Assembly (NCBI GenBank): GCA_035343915.1
Contig: DAOQZZ010000013.1
Coordinates: 9,171-73,170, forward strand
From: Gordonia sp. (in: high G+C Gram-positive bacteria)
Lineage (GTDB): Bacteria; Actinomycetota; Actinomycetes; Mycobacteriales; Mycobacteriaceae
Length of the DNA stretch: 64,000 nucleotides
Direction of reading: 5' to 3'
Each line of letters opens with the position of its first letter. The stretch's first letter is position 1. Under the pieces are notes generated by a model, which ran no database searches, had not been told where the DNA came from, and saw only the letters and a list, made by a program, of their open reading frames with translations. Below are positions 30,398 to 39,433 of the stretch, piece by piece. Both the position numbers and the translations under genes were made by a program.

Positions 30398-30739
30398 ATG
30401 GCCGACGCACCCGAAGAGACCGTCCTGCACGGCCTCGCCGACACCGCGCTGAACGATGCGGACGCCCCCGGGCCTGCCATCAAGGCGCTCGCCCACCTCA
30501 CCGGGGCCACCGTCGTGCGCCTCAGCTTCCGTGCCGGCCAGACGATGGCCGAGCACACCGCCCGTTGGCCGATCCTCGTCATCGGCCAGGCCGGGAGCGT
30601 GGCGTTCACCGTCGGCGATCAGACCACGACACTGACGCCCGGTACGGCGATTCACGTCGAGGCCGAGGTCACCCATGCGCTGACCGCCACCGAGGACTCC
30701 GCACTCACGCTGGTCGTCCTCACCCCCCACACGAAATAA
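30398..30739 (+). CDS. Cupin-domain protein
   Basis: FRAGQTMAEHT..G.V.F and IHVEAEVTHAL cupin motifs. Confidence 0.85.
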   Translation: MADAPEETVLHGLADTALNDADAPGPAIKALAHLTGATVVRLSFRAGQTMAEHTARWPILVIGQAGSVAFTVGDQTTTLTPGTAIHVEAEVTHALTATEDSALTLVVLTPHTK

Positions 30740-30756
30740 CCCACGAAAGGCATTCC

Positions 30757-31224
30757 ATGATGAACACCTTCCGCGCAACCCTGCTCGCCGTCCTGGCGGC
30801 GATCACCGCACTGGTCGGCGCCACTGTCGCTGGCCCTGCGTCGGCGCTGCCAGCCGACTTCACGGTGACGACCCAGAACCCGACGGTCGCAGACTTCAAC
30901 AACATCGTGACGTTCCTCGTCGCGACGCCAGCCTCCGACGCCGCCAAGGCCCGCAACGTCGAGGGTGGCGAGAGCGCGGTCGTCGTGCCCCGCACCGTGT
31001 ACAACCTGGGCCTGTTCCGCGCACCGCGCGGATCGTCGACGGTGACCGGCCCGATCGTCCGCAAGGGCAACGTCGCGACGGTCAACCTGCACGCCCGGTC
31101 GGCCGGCCGGCCCGACGTCAACATGCCCATCGACTTCGTCTACCAGGGCAACTGGAAGCTCGCGTCGAGCTCGATGTGCAAGGGCGTGAAGACCGTCGGG
31201 CTGCCGATCTACTGCAACGCCTGA
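30757..31224 (+). CDS. Secreted protein (possibly MTB12-like fold)
   Basis: Signal peptide ending ASA; C-terminal WKLASSSMC...C motif. The family assignment is tentative. Confidence 0.6.
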   Translation: MMNTFRATLLAVLAAITALVGATVAGPASALPADFTVTTQNPTVADFNNIVTFLVATPASDAAKARNVEGGESAVVVPRTVYNLGLFRAPRGSSTVTGPIVRKGNVATVNLHARSAGRPDVNMPIDFVYQGNWKLASSSMCKGVKTVGLPIYCNA

Positions 31225-31232
31225 CACACCGG

Positions 31233-31985
31233 GTGTCGCGCGCGCACGGCACCGGGCTGCGGATCGAGGGACTGACCAAGAGCTACGGCGGGTACACCGT
31301 CCTGGATAACGTCTCCACCGAGGTCGCGCCCGGTTCGTTGACCTACCTGCTCGGCCTCAACGGTGCGGGCAAGTCGACCCTGTTGCGCTGCGCCAGCGGG
31401 ATCGCCACCCCCGATCGGGGAACCGTCGAGATCGACGGCGCACCCTGGTCGGACCGGGCACGACGGTCCAGTCGGGTACGCCACTTGGGCATCCACCTCG
31501 ACCACGACGCGTTCGCCGGCCGCCACACCGCGCGCCGGCACTTGCGGTGGTTGGCCCGCTCGGCGGGGATCGGTGACGATCGGGTCGAGCAGGTGCTGGA
31601 CACCGTCGGCCTCACCGCCGTCGCCGATCAACCCGTCGACGGCTACTCGCTGGGCATGCGCCAACGAGTCGGGATCGCCGGAGCCCTGATCGGCGATCCA
31701 CCGGTCCTGCTGTTCGACGAGCCGCTCAACGGCCTCGACATCGCCGGAATCATCTGGTTGCGGACGTTGCTGCGCGAACTCGCCGACGCCGGACGGGCAG
31801 TTCTCGTCGCCTCCCACCAGCTCGACGAGGTTAGGCGCAACGCGGATCGAATCCTGGTGCTGTCGCGCGGGCGCCTCGTCGCCGACGCACAATTGCACGA
31901 TTTCCTCGGCACAGACCCCGACCTCGAGCAGGCCTACCTGCGGGCCGTCGGAGGCACCGACGCACCCCCGGAGTACTCGCGATGA
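31233..31985 (+). CDS. ABC transporter ATP-binding protein
   Basis: GLNGAGKST, YSLGMRQR, FDEPLNGLD and SHQ motifs; GTG start inferred. Confidence 0.92.
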   Translation: MSRAHGTGLRIEGLTKSYGGYTVLDNVSTEVAPGSLTYLLGLNGAGKSTLLRCASGIATPDRGTVEIDGAPWSDRARRSSRVRHLGIHLDHDAFAGRHTARRHLRWLARSAGIGDDRVEQVLDTVGLTAVADQPVDGYSLGMRQRVGIAGALIGDPPVLLFDEPLNGLDIAGIIWLRTLLRELADAGRAVLVASHQLDEVRRNADRILVLSRGRLVADAQLHDFLGTDPDLEQAYLRAVGGTDAPPEYSR

Positions 31986-32770
31986 GCACGCTGACCGCGG
32001 CGGTCGCCGCCGAAGCCACCCGCGCGGCCGGCCGGCGCAGCCCATGGTGGTTCATCGCCATACCCTTCGGGATCGCGCTACCGCTGCTCATCACGTACGC
32101 CATCGCGGCCGTGTCGGAACGGTTCGCGACGATGGAGACGACGTCGATCACCGTCTCGGCCGTCGAATCCAACAACTCGGTCTACTGGGTGATCAACCTG
32201 GGGGTGTTGATCCTGGCCATCGGCGCGGCCCATGCCCAGGCTGCGGCGGCATCGGGCACTACGGCCGACACCGAGCGCTACCTGTTCGGTTCACCGTCGA
32301 CGGTGATCATCGCCCGTTCGGTCTTCTACGGCCTCATCGCGGCGGCAGTGACGCTTGGCCTCGTCGTAGTGCTCATGACGACGCTGCCGCACCTGTTCCC
32401 CGTCGTCTACGGCGGGGTGGACCTGGGTTCTTCGGCCGGTTTGCGCTTCTGCTGGGCCGTTCCCTTCTTTGCCTACTGCGCCGCGTCGCTGGGGGTCGGC
32501 CTCGCCGCGCTCACCGGTTCCGGACTCACCGCGATCGCACTGATGCTGCTGTGGGCCGGCGTCGTGGAGGACGCCATCGCACTCATCCCCAACGGGATGA
32601 CCGTGCAGCAATACATGCCGTTTCTCAACGGAATCTACGGGACCGGACAGTGGCTGGCGCTCACCCCGCCGTGGGGCCGCAGCGGCGCACTGGGCTACTT
32701 CGCATTGCTGTCGGTCGCCTTCCTGGCCGCCGGAATCGCCGCAGCCGGCGTGCGTCGTCGACGGGCTTAG
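31982..32770 (+). CDS. ABC-2-type permease
   Basis: About six hydrophobic segments; overlaps the ATPase stop (ATGA). Confidence 0.85.
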   Translation: MSTLTAAVAAEATRAAGRRSPWWFIAIPFGIALPLLITYAIAAVSERFATMETTSITVSAVESNNSVYWVINLGVLILAIGAAHAQAAAASGTTADTERYLFGSPSTVIIARSVFYGLIAAAVTLGLVVVLMTTLPHLFPVVYGGVDLGSSAGLRFCWAVPFFAYCAASLGVGLAALTGSGLTAIALMLLWAGVVEDAIALIPNGMTVQQYMPFLNGIYGTGQWLALTPPWGRSGALGYFALLSVAFLAAGIAAAGVRRRRA

Positions 32771-32862
32771 AAGGCACGGTCACCGATCACACGCGGAAAA
32801 CCGACTATCCTGGCGTGTCAGAGATGCCAGAAGCAGCCAGACACACGAGGGAAGGATCCGCG

Positions 32863-33504
32863 ATGAGCAGCCGTGCCCGCCAGCGCGACCACGTACTGGT
32901 GACCATCGAGGCGGCCGATGGACCGGTCGATGCGTCGCACGTCGCCGAAGTCCTCGACCTGCACGTGAGCACAGCGCGATTCCATCTCAACAAACTCATC
33001 AACGACGGGTTGGTCGTGGCGGTGCCGCTGCCCAGCACCTCGGTGGGCCGACCGCGCACGGGCTACTCGACCTCGATCCCCAAACCCGAACTACGCCTCA
33101 TCGGCCTGCTTGTGGAAAGCCTCGGCGACGACGAGGAGTCGCGCCGGGCCGCCGCCGTCGAGATCGGCCGACGATGGGCCGCGCCGACCCTCGACGACTA
33201 TCAGGACTCCGAAGCCGCCGACCCGGTCGAGGTCATCGAATCGACGTTGACCAAGCTCGGCTTTGAAGTGCAGTCGACATCCATGGTCGCCGATGTCCTC
33301 AACATCTCCATCTGCTCCTGCACGCTGCACGATGTGACACGCACCGATCCGACCGTGTCGTACAGCATCATCGAGGGCGTCCTGGACCAGGTTCTCGCCG
33401 TCACCCATCCCGCCCCGGCCGGGTTCACCACCAGCGTGTTGTCGGATTTCGGCGGCGCCAGCTGCGTCATCCTGGTCCGACTCGCTCCGGCGCAGCGCGC
33501 CTGA
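32863..33504 (+). CDS. Winged-HTH regulator with Cys-containing C-terminal domain (ArnR/SufR-like architecture)
   Basis: LHVSTARFHLNKL..GRPR HTH; C-terminal ICSC and SCV cysteines. Confidence 0.75.
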   Translation: MSSRARQRDHVLVTIEAADGPVDASHVAEVLDLHVSTARFHLNKLINDGLVVAVPLPSTSVGRPRTGYSTSIPKPELRLIGLLVESLGDDEESRRAAAVEIGRRWAAPTLDDYQDSEAADPVEVIESTLTKLGFEVQSTSMVADVLNISICSCTLHDVTRTDPTVSYSIIEGVLDQVLAVTHPAPAGFTTSVLSDFGGASCVILVRLAPAQRA

Positions 33505-33574
33505 CCTCCCGATCGCCCAACCGCTGCGTCTCGGACGGCAACGTTCCGGTGGATGGATCGCGTATCGTTGATCC

Positions 33575-34297
33575 GTGCCCAGTCCGGTAGCTGCCAAGCG
33601 TGAAGACGCCCGCACCACCCGGTGGGCCGATCACCGCATCAAGGTCCGCGCGGAGTTCGTCGAAGCATCCATCCGGACGATCGACACCATCGGACCACAG
33701 GCCACACTCGACGACATCTGCGCCGAGATGGGCGTCCGCAAACCCAAGCTCTACCGGTTCTTCGACACCAAGAACGACCTCTACCGGGCCATCCTCGAGC
33801 ACTGGGTGGAGATGCTGTGGGACCGCCTGTCGGGGACGCTGAACATCTACGAGGATTCCGGCGAGCAGATCGTGCGGCGACTGGTCAGTGAGCTCGCCGA
33901 CACCATCGAGGAGCACCCCAACGTCGTTCAGTTCCTGGCGACCGGCCAGTACCTGTCGGCCACCGGCGACACGGAGCATCCGCTGATCCTTGCGCGCGGC
34001 GCCGTCGACCGTGCTTCCGAGGTGGCCGAGGAGCTTCTCTCCGACTTCATCAGCGACCACCGCCAATTCGAGCTGGTCGTGTACTCCGTGTTCGGGATGA
34101 CCGCCTCGGCCGCCGACTGGTGGATCCGCAGCGAGGCATCCGGTGACGGCGCCATGGACCGCGACCTGTTCATCAACCAGGTCACTCGGTCGATCATCGG
34201 CATCATCACGGCGAATCTCGACGAGGGCGTCGAGATCGACGTGAGCCAGCCGCTACACCTGGCGGTCATCGACGACGAGGACGACGAGGACTACTGA
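33575..34297 (+). CDS. TetR-family regulator
   Basis: ATLDDICAEMGVRKPKLYRFFDTKNDL. Confidence 0.92.
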   Translation: MPSPVAAKREDARTTRWADHRIKVRAEFVEASIRTIDTIGPQATLDDICAEMGVRKPKLYRFFDTKNDLYRAILEHWVEMLWDRLSGTLNIYEDSGEQIVRRLVSELADTIEEHPNVVQFLATGQYLSATGDTEHPLILARGAVDRASEVAEELLSDFISDHRQFELVVYSVFGMTASAADWWIRSEASGDGAMDRDLFINQVTRSIIGIITANLDEGVEIDVSQPLHLAVIDDEDDEDY

Positions 34298-35688
34298 GTC
34301 GAATCGCCCGAGCCGCGGCGCTGCTCGCGCCACTGCTGTTCGGCGCGCCCCAGCGCGGTGACCGGCTCCGCGTCGTACACCCACTCTGCGGCGATGCGGA
34401 ACCAGTTGGCCGTCGCCTCGAGCTGTCCCAGCATCCCGGCAGTGAGCATGTCGACTCGGCGCGACACGAGGATCTCGGCGGGGAGGGACTGCTCGCGCAT
34501 GTCGGTGAACGACTCACCCCGGGGGTCGAGAACTGACATGACGCCCCTCGCGCGGTCGCGAGTCATCGTCACCTCGTCGTCGACCATCTGCCAACCGAAG
34601 GCCTGCAGCGTGTACTGCAGGGATTTGTCGGCCGAGATCGCCGAATCGCCGTCGAACACGCCCTGCGTCAACGCCAGCCGCAGCACCTCGTCGCCGTTCT
34701 GCGCCGCGCCGGCGCGCCACACGGCGAGTTCGAACTCGCGCGCGTCGGCGTCGATCTGCTTGTAGGAGCCGAAGTCGACGAAACCGAGCCGGCCGTCGGA
34801 CCCGAGTAGCACGTTGCCCGGGTGGGGGTCGCCGGAGAACTCGCCGAGCCGATAAATGGAGCCGATGTAGAAGCGGTAGACGATTTCGCCGATCCGGTCA
34901 CGCTGGTGCGCCGCATGCGTCGTCGCCGACGCCAACGGCTCACCGTCGAACCACTCCGTCACCAACATCTGGTCGGTCGACAAGCCTTCGACGACACGCG
35001 GCACGACGATGAACGGGTGCCCCTCGTACGCGCTTGCCAGACTCGCCTGGTTGCGCGCCTCGGCGACATAGTCCAACTCGCTGGCCAGGGTCGAGCGGAG
35101 CTCGGCGATCAGCTCCTTGCTTCCCAACGCGGGCAGTTTGCGACGCCAGAACTTGAGGAACGCCACCAGATTCTTGATGTCGGCGCGCACCGCGTCGTCG
35201 ATCCCCGGGTACTTGATCTTCACCGCGACCTCGCGCCCGTCGTGCAGCGTGGCGCGGTAGACCTGGCCGATTGACGCCGACGCGACGGCGCCGGTCCCGA
35301 ACCGGGAAAACACCTGGTCGAGCGGCCGACCGAGTTCGTGGGCGACGGCGGCGCTCATCGTCGCCGCGTCGACCTCGGGGGCCTGATCGCGCAGGACGGC
35401 CAACCGTTCCTGGAACTGCGGTGCCACCTCGTCAGGCAGGTACGGCATGTCGAGAACCGACAGCATCTGACCGACTTTCATCGCGGCGCCCTTCATGCCG
35501 CCGAGCACGTTGGTCAGCTGATTGGCCAGCAGGATCACCGTCTTGTCGCGTGCCTGCTCCTTCTCCTGCGGCGACTTGCCCACCGACGACACCCGACGGC
35601 CCGCGTCGCGCACGACATGGTTCGCCGCGACGGCCGTCATCTTCCTACCGCGCGCGAACCGCGACGTCGGGGGGAGCTTGGAAGCCAC
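34291..35688 (-). CDS. ABC1/AarF/UbiB-family atypical kinase
   Basis: MKVGQ, ASIGQVYRA, VAVKIKYPG, DPHPGN and DFG motifs. Confidence 0.93.
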   Translation of the reverse strand: MASKLPPTSRFARGRKMTAVAANHVVRDAGRRVSSVGKSPQEKEQARDKTVILLANQLTNVLGGMKGAAMKVGQMLSVLDMPYLPDEVAPQFQERLAVLRDQAPEVDAATMSAAVAHELGRPLDQVFSRFGTGAVASASIGQVYRATLHDGREVAVKIKYPGIDDAVRADIKNLVAFLKFWRRKLPALGSKELIAELRSTLASELDYVAEARNQASLASAYEGHPFIVVPRVVEGLSTDQMLVTEWFDGEPLASATTHAAHQRDRIGEIVYRFYIGSIYRLGEFSGDPHPGNVLLGSDGRLGFVDFGSYKQIDADAREFELAVWRAGAAQNGDEVLRLALTQGVFDGDSAISADKSLQYTLQAFGWQMVDDEVTMTRDRARGVMSVLDPRGESFTDMREQSLPAEILVSRRVDMLTAGMLGQLEATANWFRIAAEWVYDAEPVTALGRAEQQWREQRRGSGDSTQ

Positions 35689-35725
35689 GCGCCCACCGTA
35701 TCCCGCGGCCGAGGAGGCCAGCCGG

Positions 35726-36790
35726 TTACTGGTCGAACTCGATCTCGACGTCGTCGGAGACGGGGACGGCCTGGCATGCCAACGTCAATCCGGCGGCCAG
35801 ATCGGCGTCGACGAGGGTGTCGTTGCGCCGCATCCTCACATCGCCGGATCGGACCGTGCACGCGCATGCGCTGCAGGCTCCTTCGCGGCACGAGTAGGGC
35901 GCGTCGAGCCCTTTCGACAGCAGGACATCAAGCAGCGGGGTCTCCCGCGGCCAGGACAGCGTGTGGGTGGTTCCGCCCAGCGCGACGCGCACCGTGGCGT
36001 CATCGGGGCTCTCGGTGATGGGCGGGATCACGATGTCGGCGAACGGATCGCCGGCCAACGACTGGAAGATCTCGGTGTGGATGTGTGCCGACGGGACGCC
36101 GGCCTCAGCGAGCGCCCCGCGCACCATTGTCATGAACCCGTCGGGGCCGCAGAGGTAGACGTCGCACCGTCCGTAGGACCGTAGCCGCGGGGCCAACTGC
36201 TCGGGTGTCATCACCCCGTCGCGGTCGTCGAGGTGGTGGTGGACGGTGAGACGGTCGGGAAACTCGGTATTGATCTCGTCGAGCTCGGCGGCGAAGATCA
36301 CGTCGTCGGAGCTGCGGTTGGCGTAGAGGAAGTAGATGGCGCCACTCCCCCCGATCAGCGTCGATTTCACGATCGACATCAGTGGAGTCGCACCGCTGCC
36401 CGCCCCGATCAGCAGTAGATCCTGGTGCAGCGATCGGGGGACGAACTTCCCCGACGGGGAGAGCACCGTCAGGTGGTCACCGGCGCGCAGGTGATCGCAA
36501 ATCCAGTTCGACGCGTAGCCGCCGGGCACGCGCTTGACGGTGATGACCAATTGGTCGTCGAGGTGCGGGGAGCTCGACAACGAATAGCAGCGGGCGACCG
36601 ACGACATCTCCCCGTCTGGTCCGGGTACGCGCACCGTCAGGAACTGGCCGGGTAGATAGCGGAATTTGTGGACCAGGGAGTCCGGCACGGCCAGCACCAC
36701 TGACACCGCGTCGGCGGTCTCAGCGATCACCTCGAGCACCTCCAGTGTCTGGACGTGCGTGTTGGCGGCGACGGAGGCGAGTCCGGTCAC
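35726..36790 (-). CDS. FNR-type reductase with C-terminal 2Fe-2S domain (KshB/PaaE-like)
   Basis: RCYSLSS, GAGSGATP, YLCGP and CREGACSAC...LACQ motifs; overlaps the aurF stop. Confidence 0.93.
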   Translation of the reverse strand: MTGLASVAANTHVQTLEVLEVIAETADAVSVVLAVPDSLVHKFRYLPGQFLTVRVPGPDGEMSSVARCYSLSSSPHLDDQLVITVKRVPGGYASNWICDHLRAGDHLTVLSPSGKFVPRSLHQDLLLIGAGSGATPLMSIVKSTLIGGSGAIYFLYANRSSDDVIFAAELDEINTEFPDRLTVHHHLDDRDGVMTPEQLAPRLRSYGRCDVYLCGPDGFMTMVRGALAEAGVPSAHIHTEIFQSLAGDPFADIVIPPITESPDDATVRVALGGTTHTLSWPRETPLLDVLLSKGLDAPYSCREGACSACACTVRSGDVRMRRNDTLVDADLAAGLTLACQAVPVSDDVEIEFDQ

Positions 36791-37797
36791 TCCTGCACCG
36801 TCGAGGGCTTCTGGCCTTTCAGCTCGGCGATGATGTCGTCGGGCAACGCGCGCGACGCTCGCATGATCCGGCTGGACACCGCACCGCGGATGAAACCGGC
36901 CTCATAGCAGAACCGCAGGAGCGGCTCGGTCATGAACACCGCGCGGTCGCGATACTCCGGGCTGGCCTGGCTGGCGATGAGCCCGCGCAGGCGGCTGATC
37001 CCGACGGACTTGTACACCTTCGGATTGATCAGCGTCGGCATGACGCTCAGCACCATGACGGAGAAGATGCCCCGGTGCACGGCGTTGTATGCCTTGCCGT
37101 GCTTGGCCATCGACCGCACCATCTCCTCGCGCGCATAGGTGATGTGGCGGGCCTCTTCGAGGACGTGGATCTTCATCAGCTGCCGGAAGTGGGGCTGGAC
37201 GGTCTCATCGGCAGCGCCTTCGCGCTGCAGCCGGTCGAGGACCTCCTCGATGAGGAGTGTGCCCGCATAGCTGGACGGCCCGATGGGGAGGAATCCGACG
37301 AGCCGAAGGGCCTTCAGGAAGGGGCGCGGGTAGGTGTACGGCGCGACACCGGACTTGTTGACCAGGCGGCTGAACATCGTGGAGTGCCGGGTCTCCTCAC
37401 CGACCTCGGCGAGGGCGTACCGGCAGTGGTCGTCGACCATCACGTGGTTCTCGAGTATCGACCTCATCAGATTCATCGATAGCCCGACCTCGGCCAACAG
37501 GCCGAAACTGAGGACCGATACCGCCTCGTGCTTGCCGAGCTCGGTGCGCTGCTCGGGGGTGAGCTCATCCCAGACCTTCGTGCCGTACAGCGACTGGCGG
37601 TGCTCCATGACCCAGCCCTTGTCGGGGGCCAACGGCCGGTCCCAGTCGATGTCGAGTTCGGGGTGGTAAGCGCGATCAGCAGTCGAGCGCAAGAGTCGTT
37701 GGGCGGTCGTCTGCCGGTCGCCGACTCGGCGCACTTGAACAGTGGAGGCACCGAGTTCGTTGCCACCCGGTCGCGTATCGGATTGCTCGATGGTCAT
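36787..37797 (-). CDS. AurF-family diiron oxygenase (complete ligand set)
   Basis: HE, EETRH, EEVLD and H-V-L-E-E-A-R-H motifs. Confidence 0.9.
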   Translation of the reverse strand: MTIEQSDTRPGGNELGASTVQVRRVGDRQTTAQRLLRSTADRAYHPELDIDWDRPLAPDKGWVMEHRQSLYGTKVWDELTPEQRTELGKHEAVSVLSFGLLAEVGLSMNLMRSILENHVMVDDHCRYALAEVGEETRHSTMFSRLVNKSGVAPYTYPRPFLKALRLVGFLPIGPSSYAGTLLIEEVLDRLQREGAADETVQPHFRQLMKIHVLEEARHITYAREEMVRSMAKHGKAYNAVHRGIFSVMVLSVMPTLINPKVYKSVGISRLRGLIASQASPEYRDRAVFMTEPLLRFCYEAGFIRGAVSSRIMRASRALPDDIIAELKGQKPSTVQE

Positions 37798-37863
37798 CGT
37801 GATCCCTCCGCCCGGAAGTAACCGGTACTCGTAGTTCCAGTTTGGGTCGCGTGATCGTCGGTG

Positions 37864-38865
37864 TCAACCATCCCGACCACCCGCGGGAACAGTGTCGGGC
37901 ACCTCCGCAGGCCATACCTTGCCGCGTCGGAGGATGGCCCTCTCGTGCCGCGTGCGGAACAGCCCTGCCTCGCGGGCGTGGCTGACAAAAGAGTCGGTCA
38001 GCGCCCGTGCACGCAGGCTGTACTGCGGCTCGTCGTGTGCGATCCGCAGACCGCTGCGGGAGTCGATCCCGATCGACGGGTAGATGGCGCCGTTGAGGAT
38101 CAACGGGTACAGCCCCGCCGTCGCCCGCGCGAGCACAGCGCCGGTGACACGGCGGCGCAATCGCCCGGCACGGCCCACGGCAAGCCGGAACTCGTTGAGC
38201 GAGTATTCGAGGTGTCGGTGATCGGACATCTCGTGGATCCGCATCGCCTGTCGCACATGCGGCTGCACCGTCGGATCGACCGCCATCGCCGTCGCATAGC
38301 TGTGGATGGCCTCTTGCAGCAGCAGGATCAGCCCGCTGGTCAAAATTCCGGCCGGCACGAACAACACGAACTTGGCAGTCAGCCACGCCTCGCGGTGGGG
38401 ACGATTGATGGCGAGGCCGGTCTTGTTGACCAGCCGCGAGAACATGGCACTGTTGCGCGTCTCCTCCTGGATCGCCTTGAGCGTGTATCGCGTCACGTCG
38501 CTCATGAGGTTGGCGCTTTCGCCGATGTTGCGGAACATCAGCAGGGTGATCGCCGCTTCGGCACGCATCGCGAAGGTCAGCACGTTGACCAACTCGTGGC
38601 GGCCGAGTTCGATGCGCTGATCCGGGGTTAGGCACTCCCACTCCGGCGAGCCGTGGATCGAGGACAGTCGGGTCGGGAACCAGGCGAGGTTCGGCGCGAC
38701 GTCGGCGTCCCAATCGACGTCGAGATCCCCGCTGTAGGACTCTTCGGCCGCGGCCAGCAGCAACCGCTGTGCGGTCGTCTGCCGATCGGCGATGCGGCCG
38801 CGGTGCTTGGCAGGCCCACCTTCGACGGTGCGTGGCAATCCGTCGCGCTCATCCCTCTCGTCCAA
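37864..38865 (-). CDS. AurF-family paralogue with degenerate diiron ligands
   Basis: Colinear with its neighbour (DRQTTAQRLL N-terminus, HE), but has EETRN, QEAIH and H-E-M-S-D-H-R-H. Confidence 0.85.
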   Translation of the reverse strand: MDERDERDGLPRTVEGGPAKHRGRIADRQTTAQRLLLAAAEESYSGDLDVDWDADVAPNLAWFPTRLSSIHGSPEWECLTPDQRIELGRHELVNVLTFAMRAEAAITLLMFRNIGESANLMSDVTRYTLKAIQEETRNSAMFSRLVNKTGLAINRPHREAWLTAKFVLFVPAGILTSGLILLLQEAIHSYATAMAVDPTVQPHVRQAMRIHEMSDHRHLEYSLNEFRLAVGRAGRLRRRVTGAVLARATAGLYPLILNGAIYPSIGIDSRSGLRIAHDEPQYSLRARALTDSFVSHAREAGLFRTRHERAILRRGKVWPAEVPDTVPAGGRDG

Positions 38866-38883
38866 CGCAACCCCCTCCAGGCG

Positions 38884-38903
38884 TTCTGGTCAATTGACCA
38901 GAA
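38884..38903. promoter_or_regulatory. Perfect 20-bp palindrome TTCTGGTCAATTGACCAGAA
   Basis: Lies 19 bp upstream of the aurF2 start, in the divergent aurF/DUF4873 promoter region. Confidence 0.75.
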
Positions 38904-38977
38904 TTAGTTACGCGTACTACGAGTACCGTATACTCTGGTTTTCATAGGCGGGCCGAATCAGGCAAACGCAGGATCTG

Positions 38978-39370
38978 ATGGGCGAAGGAGGTGCGGTGAT
39001 GGCCACGGAGGCACCCTCCGCGCGACCGGCGTTCAACGACGATCCGCACGAGGAGTCCGACTACCGCGGGCCCGCGACGATCATCCTGCGCGGCACCGAG
39101 ATCGACGTGGACGTCGAGATGCTCGGGTACCGCGAACCGATCGACGGGATCTTCCGTTGGACGGGCCGGATCTCGCCCAACGACCAACTCGCCGACATCG
39201 TCGGCGACCTACAACGGCTGCCGTGCGTGATCCGCACACCGCACAGCAGCCGCGATGCTTTTGTCGGCGACGTCGACTTCTGGGACCGCTACCGAATCAT
39301 CGGTAAGAGCACCCCGCCGTTCCACGTCGCCACTGAGCTGTCCGAGATCGAGTCGGACACGGACGGGTAG
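38978..39370 (+). CDS. DUF4873-family protein
   Basis: YRGPA..GYREPIDGIFRWTGRI...DFWDRYRIIG..TPPF pattern. The start may be GTG 38996 or ATG 38999. Confidence 0.8.
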   Translation: MGEGGAVMATEAPSARPAFNDDPHEESDYRGPATIILRGTEIDVDVEMLGYREPIDGIFRWTGRISPNDQLADIVGDLQRLPCVIRTPHSSRDAFVGDVDFWDRYRIIGKSTPPFHVATELSEIESDTDG

Positions 39371-39376
39371 AGGGGT

Positions 39377-39402
39377 GGCTCCCGGCGCATGCGCCGGGAG
39401 CC
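39377..39402. terminator. Bidirectional hairpin between DUF4873 and lpdA
   Basis: Perfect 26-bp palindrome GGCTCCCGGCGCATGCGCCGGGAGCC between convergent stop codons. Confidence 0.8.
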
Positions 39403-39433
39403 CCCGTCCAATCCGCGTTTACGGCCGCTGGGC

